Assembly (NCBI RefSeq): GCF_013149785.1
Contig: NZ_JABEZU010000001.1
Coordinates: 434,001 to 498,000, forward strand
Length of the DNA stretch: 64,000 nt
Direction of reading: 5' to 3'
Source of the DNA: Isoptericola halotolerans
GTDB taxonomy: Bacteria; Actinomycetota; Actinomycetes; Actinomycetales; Cellulomonadaceae
Made by a program: the position numbers and the translations under genes. Shown here piece by piece: positions 22,230 through 31,070 of the stretch. Each line of letters begins with the position of its first letter. Position 1 is the first letter of the stretch. The notes beneath the pieces are model-generated. The model saw only the letters and a program-made list of their open reading frames with translations. It did not search any database and was not told the origin of the DNA.

Positions 22230-23405
22230 TCAGTCGAGCGGCGTGTACTCCCAGTGCCAGGCCTCCGGCTTCGAGCCGCCCGCACGCGCCCAGTCGGGGT
22301 TGTCCCAGCCGAACGCCGGGGCGTGCTTGCGCAGCCACGTGTACTGAGGCGTGCCGAAGGACTCGACACCGTCGCTGAGGTCGACCGCGATGCCCCATCC
22401 GTGGTTCGAGTGACCCGGCACGGCGGCCATGTGCCCCTTGAGCGCCTTCGTGGCGACCTGCGACTCGTAGGACCGGTAGGTGTCGGTGATCGAGAGGTGT
22501 CCGCCGAACTTCGCCTGGTAGGCGACGTCGAGCCGCTCGAGCTGGGCGGCGGCGTCACAGCGCAGCATCTCGCCGCCGGCGAAGGAGAGCTCGCACATCG
22601 CGTCGGACGGGATGCGCCCGTTGGCGTAGTCCGCGGTCGACCCGATCTGCCGGGCGAGCTCGGCGGCCGCGTCGGCGGCCTCCTGCTTCTGCGCGGTGAG
22701 GATCTCGGCCGGCGTGGCGGGTGCCGCCTCGATCTGGACGGTGCTCTCCGCCTCCTCGAGCAGCTCGGTGAGCTCCTCGGTGGCCGCGGTGAGCTCGGCC
22801 TCCGTGGTCGGGGCCTCCTCGGCCGCGGACGGTCGCGCGTCGGTCGTCTCCTCGTCGGCGTCGGCGTCGGCGTCGGGCTCCGGCTCGGTGTCGTTGTCGG
22901 CGTCGGGCTCGCTGCTGGCGTCCGTGCCGGGCTCGGGCAGCGCGGTGCGCATGGCCGAGCGGGAGGCAGCGGTCTCCTCGCGGGCCACCAGCATCTCGGT
23001 GAGCTGCTCGGTGCGTGCGGTGATCGCGCGCTCTTCCTTGGCCGAGAGGGCGGTCGACTCCGCGGTCACCTGCCGCGCTCGCTGCAGCGCGGCCGTCGCG
23101 GCGACCGTGGAGCTGTCGGTGGCAGTGTCGGGTGACGCCCCACCCTGGACCTTCGCCTCGGACGACGGCTCGTCGGTGGTGGGGGCCGCGACGACCGTCG
23201 TGGAGCCCGCGCTGGTCGTGCTCTCGGTCAGCGGGGTGACGGCGGTCGCCGTGCCGGCCGTGAGGGCCAGCAGAGCCATGGCGGCGGCGACGCCGGAGCG
23301 CGAGGTGCGCGCGGCGTCGACGGTGTGACGGGGGTGGAGGGCGGCGTGCCTGCCAGGCTTGCGGGTCTCGCGCTGCCAGGGCAAGGTGAAGCGACGTGTG
23401 CTCAA
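22230..23405 (-). CDS. Secreted/anchored M15B (VanY-like) D-Ala-D-Ala carboxypeptidase-domain protein
   Basis: C-terminal TDTYRSYESQ, SNHGWGIAVD and EAWHWEY; TTG start at 23405 after GAGGA; hydrophobic segment followed by an acidic/coiled linker. Confidence 0.82.
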   Translation of the reverse strand: MSTRRFTLPWQRETRKPGRHAALHPRHTVDAARTSRSGVAAAMALLALTAGTATAVTPLTESTTSAGSTTVVAAPTTDEPSSEAKVQGGASPDTATDSSTVAATAALQRARQVTAESTALSAKEERAITARTEQLTEMLVAREETAASRSAMRTALPEPGTDASSEPDADNDTEPEPDADADADEETTDARPSAAEEAPTTEAELTAATEELTELLEEAESTVQIEAAPATPAEILTAQKQEAADAAAELARQIGSTADYANGRIPSDAMCELSFAGGEMLRCDAAAQLERLDVAYQAKFGGHLSITDTYRSYESQVATKALKGHMAAVPGHSNHGWGIAVDLSDGVESFGTPQYTWLRKHAPAFGWDNPDWARAGGSKPEAWHWEYTPLD

Positions 23406-23658
23406 GGGTGATGTCCTCGGGTCTCGGGGCCGTCGTCCATCGTGGCCCCCGGTTGTGACCGGCCCCTGCAAGGGCTGCGACAGTTGCTCGACCATCTGGC
23501 GTGGGATCTGGGTGGTGTCGGTGAAGATCCGGACGGATGCCGCGAGTTGCCCCTTGACAACCGCTGTGATCGCCGCCACGTCCGCATCGTGGGACTGACA
23601 AGTCCGGTGCCGGAGAGCGACGCGGCGTGCACGTGCCGCGCACCCAACACTGGCCCGT

Positions 23659-24240
23659 ATGAGCCCCGCCCCCGTCACCGTCTCGATCCACCGTGTCGTC
23701 AGCCCCGACCGGGTTCCTGAGGTGACGTCGTGGGTGCAGGCCGGCGTCAACCTCGCCAACCGGTGGCCAGGGTTCCTCGGTTCGGGGTGGATCCGCGCCG
23801 CGGAGGGTTCGCACGACTGGGTCATGCTCTACCGGTTCGCGGACACCGACCGGCTCGAGGCGTGGGAGAGGTCGTCCGAGCGTCGGGAGTGGCTGGCCCG
23901 CGGCGAGCACCTGGTGACCGAGCGAGGCGTCGCCCGGCGCACGGGGATCGAGGGCTGGTTCGACCCGCCGGTCCGTCAGGACGAGCCCGCCGGCGCGCCG
24001 CTGCTGCCCGCGCCGCCGCGGTGGAAGCAGTCCGTGGCGATCTGGCTCGGCTTCTTCCCGGTGAACCTCGTCTTCACCGCGCTCATGGTCTGGCTGCTGC
24101 CCGCCTTCCGCGACCTGCCGCTCGTCCTGCAGGTGCTCGTCTCGACGCTCGTGCTCACCCCGATCATGTCCTTCTGGGTGCTGCCGTGGGTCACGGGGCG
24201 GCTGCGCGGCTGGCTGCACCGCCCGTCGCGAGGAGCCTGA
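23659..24240 (+). CDS. ABM (antibiotic biosynthesis monooxygenase)-domain membrane protein
   Basis: WPGFLG, LYRF..LEAWERS.ER, TGIEGWF and PPRWKQ, plus two TMs. Confidence 0.85.
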   Translation: MSPAPVTVSIHRVVSPDRVPEVTSWVQAGVNLANRWPGFLGSGWIRAAEGSHDWVMLYRFADTDRLEAWERSSERREWLARGEHLVTERGVARRTGIEGWFDPPVRQDEPAGAPLLPAPPRWKQSVAIWLGFFPVNLVFTALMVWLLPAFRDLPLVLQVLVSTLVLTPIMSFWVLPWVTGRLRGWLHRPSRGA

Positions 24241-24298
24241 GCCCACGAGGGGCAGAACCCACAGCGCGCGCCCAGGTCGGCCTCCTTAGTGTGGAGGC

Positions 24299-26023
24299 AT
24301 GTTCTCGGACAGCGACTCCCCGATCGACCCCGGCACGGTCGAGTCCGGCGTGGCACTCACCGTCACGCTGGCCTGGGCCGCCGCCGCCCTCGTCGCGGCC
24401 TATGTCGTCGTGACCCTGCTGTCGGTGCTGGTGCGGAGGTTCACGGGTCGCCGTCCGCTGCTGCACGACCTGGCGACGCGGCTGCGCCACCCGATGCGCG
24501 TGCTGCTCATGATCGTGGCCGTCTGGGTGGCCTTCCGGCTGTCGGCGCACGAGGACGAGGCCTGGTTCCCCGTCCTCCAGCACGGTCTGCTCATCGCGAC
24601 GATCGTCGCGGGGGCGTGGCTCGTGGGTGCCATGGCGTTCGTGGTGGAGGACCGCACCCTCGCGAGGGTCAGCGGCTCGTCCGACGACCGGCACGCGCGG
24701 CGGGTGCAGACGCAGATCTCGATCCTGCGGCGCGTCACCGTGGCGATCATCGTGATCCTGGCCATCGCGGCGGTCCTGCTCACGTTCCCGACGGTGCGGC
24801 TGGCAGGTGCCTCCATCCTCGCCTCGGCCGGCCTGCTGTCCGTCGTCGCGGGCATCGCGGCGCAGTCCAGCCTCGCCAACGCGTTCGCCGGGATGCAGAT
24901 CGCCTTCACCGACGCCATCCGCGTCGACGACGTCGTGGTGCTCGACGGCGAGTTCGGGCGGATCGAGGAGATCACGCTCACCTACGTGGTCGTGCACGCG
25001 TGGGACGACCGCCGCCTCATCCTGCCGAGCACGTACTTCACGACGACCCCGTTCGAGAACTGGACCCGGCGCGCGGCCGACCTGCTCGGCACCGTCGAGG
25101 TCGACGTGGACTTCAACGTGCCGCTGCCGGCCATGCGTGCCGAGCTCGAGCGCCTCCTCGACGCGTCCACCCTGTGGGACCAGCGCGTCGGCATCCTGCA
25201 GGTCACCGCCGCGACGGGGGGCATGGTCCAGGCCCGGGCGCTGGTCAGCGCCGCCGACGCCGGGACGCTGTGGGACCTGCGCTGCCACGTCCGCGAGGGC
25301 CTGGTGCAGTGGCTCCAGCGTGAGGCCCCCTACGCCATGCCGCGTCGGCGCTACGAGGACGCGGTGGCCCTGCCCGACGGCGGTGTGCCGGGGCCGTCGG
25401 CCGCGTCCGGGCAGGAGTCGCCCGCCGAGCCCGAGCCCCGGCCGGAGCCCCTGGAGCTGCCGGCCTCCGTGGAGCCGTCCGCGGCCTCGGCCGCCTCGGC
25501 CGCCTCGGCCGCCTCGGCCGCCTCGGCGGCGTCCGCGCCGGGGTCGCGCATCGGTCGTCGGCCCGGCAAGCCGGTGGTGGTGCCCGGCCGGTCGAGCACG
25601 AACCGTCCCCCGCGTCCGTCCGTGCTCCACCGGCAGCGCTCGCGGACCGGGGTGCCGCCGTCGGACCCGGAGGACGGCGCGACGGTGGTGCTCGGCGACG
25701 TCCCCGCCCCGCAGCGGGGTGCGGAAAAGACCACCGTGATGCCCCCCGCGCAGCCCGCCGGGCTCTACACCGGCAGCGAGGAGGCCGAGGCCCGGCGGGA
25801 GCACTTCGAGGGACCGGGCCAGGACGCGATCGACGAGCGCGAGGCGGTGGCCGAGCGGCGGATGACCGGCGAGATCGAGGTGGACGACGACGGCGAGGTG
25901 CGGCCGGCGTCGCGCGGGACGGGCCGGAACCGGCTCGCCCCGGACTCGGGCGACGGTGGGCCCACCGACGGGCCGGGGGAGGGCGGCGGGCCCGGCGACG
26001 GGGCGGGTGACGGTGGCCCGTAG
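24299..26023 (+). CDS. MscS-family mechanosensitive channel with long disordered C-terminal tail
   Basis: ASAGLLSVVAGIAAQSSLANAFAG, GRIEEITLTY and PFENWTR. Confidence 0.9.
   Translation: MFSDSDSPIDPGTVESGVALTVTLAWAAAALVAAYVVVTLLSVLVRRFTGRRPLLHDLATRLRHPMRVLLMIVAVWVAFRLSAHEDEAWFPVLQHGLLIATIVAGAWLVGAMAFVVEDRTLARVSGSSDDRHARRVQTQISILRRVTVAIIVILAIAAVLLTFPTVRLAGASILASAGLLSVVAGIAAQSSLANAFAGMQIAFTDAIRVDDVVVLDGEFGRIEEITLTYVVVHAWDDRRLILPSTYFTTTPFENWTRRAADLLGTVEVDVDFNVPLPAMRAELERLLDASTLWDQRVGILQVTAATGGMVQARALVSAADAGTLWDLRCHVREGLVQWLQREAPYAMPRRRYEDAVALPDGGVPGPSAASGQESPAEPEPRPEPLELPASVEPSAASAASAASAASAASAASAPGSRIGRRPGKPVVVPGRSSTNRPPRPSVLHRQRSRTGVPPSDPEDGATVVLGDVPAPQRGAEKTTVMPPAQPAGLYTGSEEAEARREHFEGPGQDAIDEREAVAERRMTGEIEVDDDGEVRPASRGTGRNRLAPDSGDGGPTDGPGEGGGPGDGAGDGGP
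25484..25528 (+). repeat. In-frame 9-bp tandem repeat (GCCTCGGCC)x4 plus one variant copy, encoding (ASA)n
   Basis: Read directly from the sequence, inside the MscS tail. Confidence 0.85.
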
Positions 26024-26033
26024 CCGCCGCGTC

Positions 26034-26825
26034 TCAGCGCAGCAGCGTCCCGGAGCGTCCCGCGAGCCAGCCGCGCAGCTCGCCCGGCCGGTCGGTGATG
26101 ATCGCGTCCACGCCGGCGGCGAGCAGGCCCTCCCACTCGCTGGTCTCGTTCGCCGTCCACGGCATCACGCGCAACCCCTGCGCGTGCGCGGTGGTGACCA
26201 GACCGGGATCGGCCAGCACGGCGGCGACCGAGGGATTGACGGCGACGACGCCGAGCTTCTCGGCGACCTGGAAGAGGTCGTGCGGTGCCTCGTTGCAGAG
26301 GAAGCCTCGCGGGAGGTGCGGTGCCGCCTCACCGAGAGCCAGGACGGTGCGCCGTCCGAAACCCTGCACGACGGTCCGGCCGGCGAGCCCGGCCCGGTCG
26401 ATCGTGGCGATCGTGGGGGCGAGCTCGGCGGCCGTCCACTGCCCCTTGTACTCGCACAGCAGGTCCATGCCCGGGCGAGCGGCCACGAAGTCGATCGCCT
26501 CGGCGAACGTCGGGATCCGCTGACCGGCGAACACCGGTGAGAACCGGGACCCGGCGTCGAACCCACGGATCGTCGCGGCGTCGAGCGAGCCCACCGCACC
26601 GGTGCCGTCGGACACCCGTTCCACGACCGGGTCGTGGATGATCACGGGGACGCCGTCGGCGCTGAGCCGCACGTCCAGCTCCAGGGCCTGCGCCCCGGCG
26701 CGCCACGCCGCCTCGAAGGCGGCCAGGGTGTTCTGCGGGGCGACGGCACCGTAGCCCCGGTGGGCGACGACGACGGGTCCGTCCGGGTGGGGGGTGTCGG
26801 GCAGGAGCGTGGTCACCTGGCCCAT
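26034..26825 (-). CDS. Glycerophosphodiester phosphodiesterase family protein
   Basis: VAHRG, ELDVRLSADG.PVIIHD, PWTAN and GVDAIITDRP; start ATG 26825 or GTG 26816. Confidence 0.9.
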   Translation of the reverse strand: MGQVTTLLPDTPHPDGPVVVAHRGYGAVAPQNTLAAFEAAWRAGAQALELDVRLSADGVPVIIHDPVVERVSDGTGAVGSLDAATIRGFDAGSRFSPVFAGQRIPTFAEAIDFVAARPGMDLLCEYKGQWTAAELAPTIATIDRAGLAGRTVVQGFGRRTVLALGEAAPHLPRGFLCNEAPHDLFQVAEKLGVVAVNPSVAAVLADPGLVTTAHAQGLRVMPWTANETSEWEGLLAAGVDAIITDRPGELRGWLAGRSGTLLR

Positions 26826-26957
26826 CCTGTCGTGCGCGGGCGGGCCAGGCCAGCAGCGCCGGCGTCCGGTCGTGTCCGTTCCTGATCGTTCGCGCGGCGG
26901 GCCTGGGCAGGCGGGCGACGGTGGCCGAGACTCGGAGGTCCCCCACGAAGGAGTGCG

Positions 26958-28667
26958 ATGAGCGACGAGGCGACGACCTCTCTCGACCGCACCGCGGTCG
27001 ACTACAACCCCTGGACGCTCGCGGAAGCGGCGGGACCGGAGCAGAAGGCGCGCCAGCACGCGCTGCAGCGACGGCTTGCCGCCGAGCGTGGGTTCCGGTT
27101 CGGCGAGGGGTGCTTCCTCTCGGAGCTCGCGTCGGTCACGAACGACACGCTCGAGCTCGGTGACCGGACCTATGTGGCCGCGGGTGCCTACCTCACCGGG
27201 GACCTCGTCGCCGGCCGCGACTGCTCGATCAACCCCTACACGGTGGTGCGCGGCGCCGTCACGCTGGGCGCGGGAGTGCGCATCGGCGCCCACACCTCGT
27301 TGCTGGGCTTCAACCACACGATGGACGACCCGGACGTCGAGATCTTCCGCCAACCGTTGGTCACCGAGGGGATCACGGTGGGCGACGACGTGTGGATCGG
27401 CTCGCACGTCGTGGTGCTCGACGGCGTCACCGTGGGGGACAAGGCCGTCCTGGCAGCCGGGGCGGTGGTCACCAAGGACGTCCCGGCCGGCGCCGTCGTG
27501 GGTGGCAACCCGGCGCGCCTCATCCGGTGGCGGACCGGCCCGGCCGCCCGCACCGGCAACCGCCCCGGCGACCTCGCGGGTGCCGTGGCCGCGCTCGCGG
27601 ACTCGGCCAGGGAGCAGGCGGGCCACCTCCTGGACCGCTGCTGGGACGACGGTGCCGAGCTCTTCGTCGACGCCCCCGGCGCGGTGCCGACGGTCCGCGC
27701 GCAGTGCGACGCCGTCGAGATCGCCGACCTGCTGCTGGACGGACCACCCCCGCATCGACCGGCCGAGGACGCCGCCGCGCTGCTGCGGTCGTGGCAGGAC
27801 CCCACCACCGGGCTCGTCGGCGAGCTCGGGGCCGACGGCCGGCCCACCCGGCCAGGAACCTTGCTCGACGACGGCGCCGCGGCGTACCACGTCCTGGCCG
27901 TCGGCTACGCGCTCGACCTGCTGAGGAGCCGGTTCGACCACCCGATCGCCGTGGTGGCGGACCTGGACGCGGACGAGGTCGTCGAGACGCTCGCCGCCCT
28001 CGACTGGCGGGACGACGCCTGGGCGTGCGGGCACCTGGTCGACGCGCTCGGCACCGCGCTGCACTGGAACCAACGGCTCGGCCGTGCGCACCGCACCGGT
28101 GCGACGGAGGCGTTGTTCGGCTGGTTGCTGACGAGCGCCGACCCGCGCACCGGGATGTGGGGTGCCCCGAGCCGGGCTCAGGGTCTGCTCCAGATGGTCA
28201 ACGGGTACTACCGCGCCGCGCGGGGCACGTTCGCACAGCACGGTCTACCCGTGCCCCACGCCGAGCGCGTCGTCGACACCGTCCTGGAGCACGTCCGTGA
28301 CCCGCGCTGGTTCCGGCCCGAGCAGCAGAACGCCTGCAACGTGCTGGACGTGGCGCACCCGTTGTGGCTCACCCGCGGTGCGGGGCACCGGGGCGACGAG
28401 GTGGTCGACGTCGCCCGCGGGCTCCTGCGTGACGCGCTGGGGACCTGGAGGACGGACGAGGGCTTCGCCTTCCGAGCACCGCACCGCACGACGTCCGGGG
28501 CGCAGGGGACGACCCCCGGGCTCCAGGGCACAGAGATGTGGCTGGCCGTCGTCTGGTACCTCGCGGACCTCGCCGGCGTCAGCGACGAGCTCGGCTACCG
28601 TCCGCGTGGTGTGCACCGACCGGAGCCGGTTGCCGCCCTCGGCGAGTCGGTGCGCCGGCGCTGGTGA
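26958..28667 (+). CDS. Hexapeptide-repeat acyltransferase fused to an uncharacterised helical C-terminal domain
   Basis: N-terminal LbH repeats with GDDVWIG...[10 protein letters not shown]...GGNPAR; about 370-aa C-terminal region; AAGGAG RBS. Confidence 0.82.
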   Translation: MSDEATTSLDRTAVDYNPWTLAEAAGPEQKARQHALQRRLAAERGFRFGEGCFLSELASVTNDTLELGDRTYVAAGAYLTGDLVAGRDCSINPYTVVRGAVTLGAGVRIGAHTSLLGFNHTMDDPDVEIFRQPLVTEGITVGDDVWIGSHVVVLDGVTVGDKAVLAAGAVVTKDVPAGAVVGGNPARLIRWRTGPAARTGNRPGDLAGAVAALADSAREQAGHLLDRCWDDGAELFVDAPGAVPTVRAQCDAVEIADLLLDGPPPHRPAEDAAALLRSWQDPTTGLVGELGADGRPTRPGTLLDDGAAAYHVLAVGYALDLLRSRFDHPIAVVADLDADEVVETLAALDWRDDAWACGHLVDALGTALHWNQRLGRAHRTGATEALFGWLLTSADPRTGMWGAPSRAQGLLQMVNGYYRAARGTFAQHGLPVPHAERVVDTVLEHVRDPRWFRPEQQNACNVLDVAHPLWLTRGAGHRGDEVVDVARGLLRDALGTWRTDEGFAFRAPHRTTSGAQGTTPGLQGTEMWLAVVWYLADLAGVSDELGYRPRGVHRPEPVAALGESVRRRW

Positions 28668-28696
28668 GGTGGTGGCGAAGTGCTTGGTCGGAAGGG

Positions 28697-28769
28697 TGGG
28701 CCCCCCGGGGATCGAACCCGGAACCCGCGGATTAAAAGTCCGCTGCTCTGCCAGTTGAGCTAGAGGCCC
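28697..28769 (-). tRNA. tRNA-Lys (TTT)
   Basis: GGGCCTCTAGCTCAACTGGCAGAGC...CTTTTAA...GGTTCGATCCC...GGCCCA. Confidence 0.96.
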
Positions 28770-29018
28770 GCCGCCCGCTCGGCGTGCGAGCTGCGGCTGC
28801 GGGTCAGCCTACGCGGGAGGAGTGCGGGGCGGGACGGGAGCGGCTCGGGGTGTGACCAGCCTCTCGAGGCCCGGAGGGCAGCCTACGTCCGGCCCCGCGA
28901 CCTGGCAGGGGATGTCTCGTCCTGCGAGAGATCGCGCGGCGATCCGGTCCCCGCGTTGCGTGAAGCCCCGGGTTGCTGCTTCGGTGGAGGCGTCGCGTAC
29001 CCGACGAGAGGAGCCACC

Positions 29019-29306
29019 ATGCTCACCGTGACGGACAACGCTCGCACCGCCGTCGAGTCGCTGGCCCAGCAGGCCGGCGTCCCGAGCGAGGGCGGGCTGC
29101 GGATCGCGCAGTCCACCGACCGACCGGGCAACTTCGAGCTCGCGCTCGTCCCCGCCCCCCAGCCCGACGACGCCGTCGTCGACGACTCCGGCGAGACCAA
29201 GGTCTTCGTCGACAACGAGGCTGCCGACGCGCTCGACGCGCTGCAGCTCGACGCCGAGCCCTCGACCGAGGGCCCGGGCTTCGTGCTCACGCCGCAGCAG
29301 GCCTGA
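29019..29306 (+). CDS. HesB/IscA-like small protein lacking cysteines
   Basis: MLTVTDNA...GGLRIA...P.PDDAVV...VFVD..AA..LD; GAGGAG RBS. Confidence 0.8.
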   Translation: MLTVTDNARTAVESLAQQAGVPSEGGLRIAQSTDRPGNFELALVPAPQPDDAVVDDSGETKVFVDNEAADALDALQLDAEPSTEGPGFVLTPQQA

Positions 29307-29324
29307 GCGCCCCTGACTCTGGCG

Positions 29325-29358
29325 GACGGCGGGTCTCCCCTCGAGGAGGCCCGCCGTC
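29325..29358. terminator. Hairpin terminator between convergent genes
   Basis: GACGGCGGGTCTCC ... GGAGGCCCGCCGTC. Confidence 0.65.
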
Positions 29359-29388
29359 GTGCTGCTGCGTGACCCGGTGGCGCTCCGG

Positions 29389-29634
29389 TCAGCCGCGCAC
29401 CCAGGCCAGGCCACGGGCGGACACCTGGACGCCGTCAGGGCGCTCGACCACGACCATCAGCACGCCGCCGCACCCGCGGCATCGGACGACCTGCCCCATG
29501 GGATGGTCGAACACGACCGCGCGGGCGAGCACGGCGACGTCTGCGCACCCGGCGCACCGCCCGGTCGCGACCGTCACGTCGAGCGCCCACACCTCGGCCA
29601 GCGATCCGGCGAGCACGTTCCCGTCGAGCATCAC
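29389..29634 (-). CDS. Small CxxC...CxxC protein (DUF6510-like)
   Basis: LDGNVLAG, CAGC and CRGC; GTGA-coupled to the upstream reductase. Confidence 0.8.
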   Translation of the reverse strand: MMLDGNVLAGSLAEVWALDVTVATGRCAGCADVAVLARAVVFDHPMGQVVRCRGCGGVLMVVVERPDGVQVSARGLAWVRG

Positions 29635-30341
29635 GCACCTCCGAAACGTTCGGTCCTGACCAGATCAGGATCGTGCCCGGCGTCGAGCAGCAGCGCCGCC
29701 GCGGCCTCCACGAACCCCGTGGGACCGCAGACGAAGACGCGCGGACTCTCGCCGGGCGCGAGCACGTGCGCGGCGACGTCGTCGGCCGAGAGCCGCCCCG
29801 CCGGGCGGGTGACACCCGGCGGGACCTCGCGGGTGTAGACCCAGGTGGTCTCCACCCCGGGCGACGACGACAGCTCGTCGGCCCAGAAGGCGTCCGCCCG
29901 TGTGCGCACGGAGCACAGCAGCCGGAACGGGGCGGGCGAGCCGGCCGCCGCCCGGGACCGCACCATCGCCGCCAGCGGGACGACGCCGGAACCACCCGCG
30001 ACGAGCTGCACCGGTCCGACGTCGTCGGGCCGCCACACGAAGAAGCCGCCCAGCGGCCCTCGGACCTCCATGCGGTCACCCACCTGCGCGTCGTCGACCA
30101 GAAAGCCCGAGACCTCACCACCGGGAATCCGGTCCACCGCGATCTCGACGACCTCGTCGCGGCCGACCCGCGCCAGCGAGTACGCACGGACCGCCTGGTA
30201 GCCGTCGGGAGCCGTCAGGCGCAGGTCGACGTGCTGGCCGGCGACGGCCTCCACGAACCCCGGCACCGACAGCGTCAGGGCCCGTGCGCTCGCCGTCAGG
30301 CGCTCGACCGCCACGACCTGGGCGACGTGCCACAGGCTCAC
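29631..30341 (-). CDS. FAD/NAD(P)H-dependent ferredoxin reductase-like oxidoreductase (no Fe-S domain)
   Basis: RAYSLA, GEVSGFL, AGGSGVVP, VCGP and ERFG; GTG at 30341 overlaps the upstream stop. Confidence 0.88.
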   Translation of the reverse strand: MSLWHVAQVVAVERLTASARALTLSVPGFVEAVAGQHVDLRLTAPDGYQAVRAYSLARVGRDEVVEIAVDRIPGGEVSGFLVDDAQVGDRMEVRGPLGGFFVWRPDDVGPVQLVAGGSGVVPLAAMVRSRAAAGSPAPFRLLCSVRTRADAFWADELSSSPGVETTWVYTREVPPGVTRPAGRLSADDVAAHVLAPGESPRVFVCGPTGFVEAAAALLLDAGHDPDLVRTERFGGA

Positions 30342-30931
30342 GAGTAGCGCTGCTCCGACCAGGGGTCGCCGTACAGGTGGTAGCCGTTCTGCTCCCAGAA
30401 CCCCGGCTCGTCGTGCTCGTGCAGCACCAGCCCCCGCAACCACTTGGCCGACTTCCAGAAGTAGAGGTGGGGGACCAGGAGCCGGACCGGGCCCCCGTGC
30501 ACCGGCGCCAGCGGCTCGCCCTCGTACTCGAAGACGACCCAGGCGCGGCCGTCCAGCAGGTCGTCCAGCGGCAGGTTCGTCGTGTAGCCGCCGTACGAGT
30601 GCGCCACGACGAAGTCGGCGGCCGTCTCGACGTCCTCGAAGAACGCGTCGACCGGTACGCCCCGCCAGTGCGTGTCGTGCTTGGACCAGCGGGTCACGCA
30701 GTGGATGTCCACCGTGACGTCCTCGGCGGGGAGCGCCTGGAGGGCCGCCCGGTCCCAACGATGCTCCGTGCCCGACTCCGTGCGGACGGTGAGCTCCCAG
30801 CGCGACGCGTCGACGTTCGGTGTCGGGCCCGTCGACAGCACCGGGAAGTCCTGCGTCAGGTGCTGCCCGGGGGGCAGCGGTCGCTCGGGCTCGGGACGGC
30901 GGCCGCCGAACCCTCGGGTGAACACGGCCAT
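30338..30931 (-). CDS. Sulfite oxidase-like molybdopterin oxidoreductase (YuiH/MsrP-like, no export signal)
   Basis: LPPGQ, DIHCVTRWS, HGGPVRLLVPHLYFWKSAKW and GFWEQNGYH; AGGAGG RBS. Confidence 0.9.
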   Translation of the reverse strand: MAVFTRGFGGRRPEPERPLPPGQHLTQDFPVLSTGPTPNVDASRWELTVRTESGTEHRWDRAALQALPAEDVTVDIHCVTRWSKHDTHWRGVPVDAFFEDVETAADFVVAHSYGGYTTNLPLDDLLDGRAWVVFEYEGEPLAPVHGGPVRLLVPHLYFWKSAKWLRGLVLHEHDEPGFWEQNGYHLYGDPWSEQRYS

Positions 30932-31070
30932 GACGCCTCCTGGTGTCGAGGTCTCCGGACCAGTGTCGCGCGGCACCGGCCGGTTGGCGCGCGGTGGCGC
31001 TGGCGGGCGGCACCGATGTGCGACAGGGTGGCGGCGACGCCGCGAGACCCGTGGCCGACGGAGGTGACCT

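Noticed and set aside
23405..23650. c-di-AMP (ydaO) riboswitch upstream of the cell-wall peptidase
   Set aside because: Only a short CCCTTGCAGGGGCCGG resemblance; the conserved GGGGTGAAT and CCCGTCAGCTAACCC segments are absent.
25484..25528. Tandem repeat as a CRISPR-like array
   Set aside because: Contiguous 9-bp units with no spacers, in frame within a CDS; no cas genes.
21380..28769. tRNA-anchored genomic island between tRNA-Glu and tRNA-Lys
   Set aside because: No duplicated tRNA 3' end, no recombinase, and composition matches the rest of the window.
28940..29018. SigB/SigF-type promoter (CGTT...GGGTT) upstream of the HesB-like gene, and a similar one before the holin-like gene
   Set aside because: Matches and spacing are too loose to distinguish from chance at this GC content.
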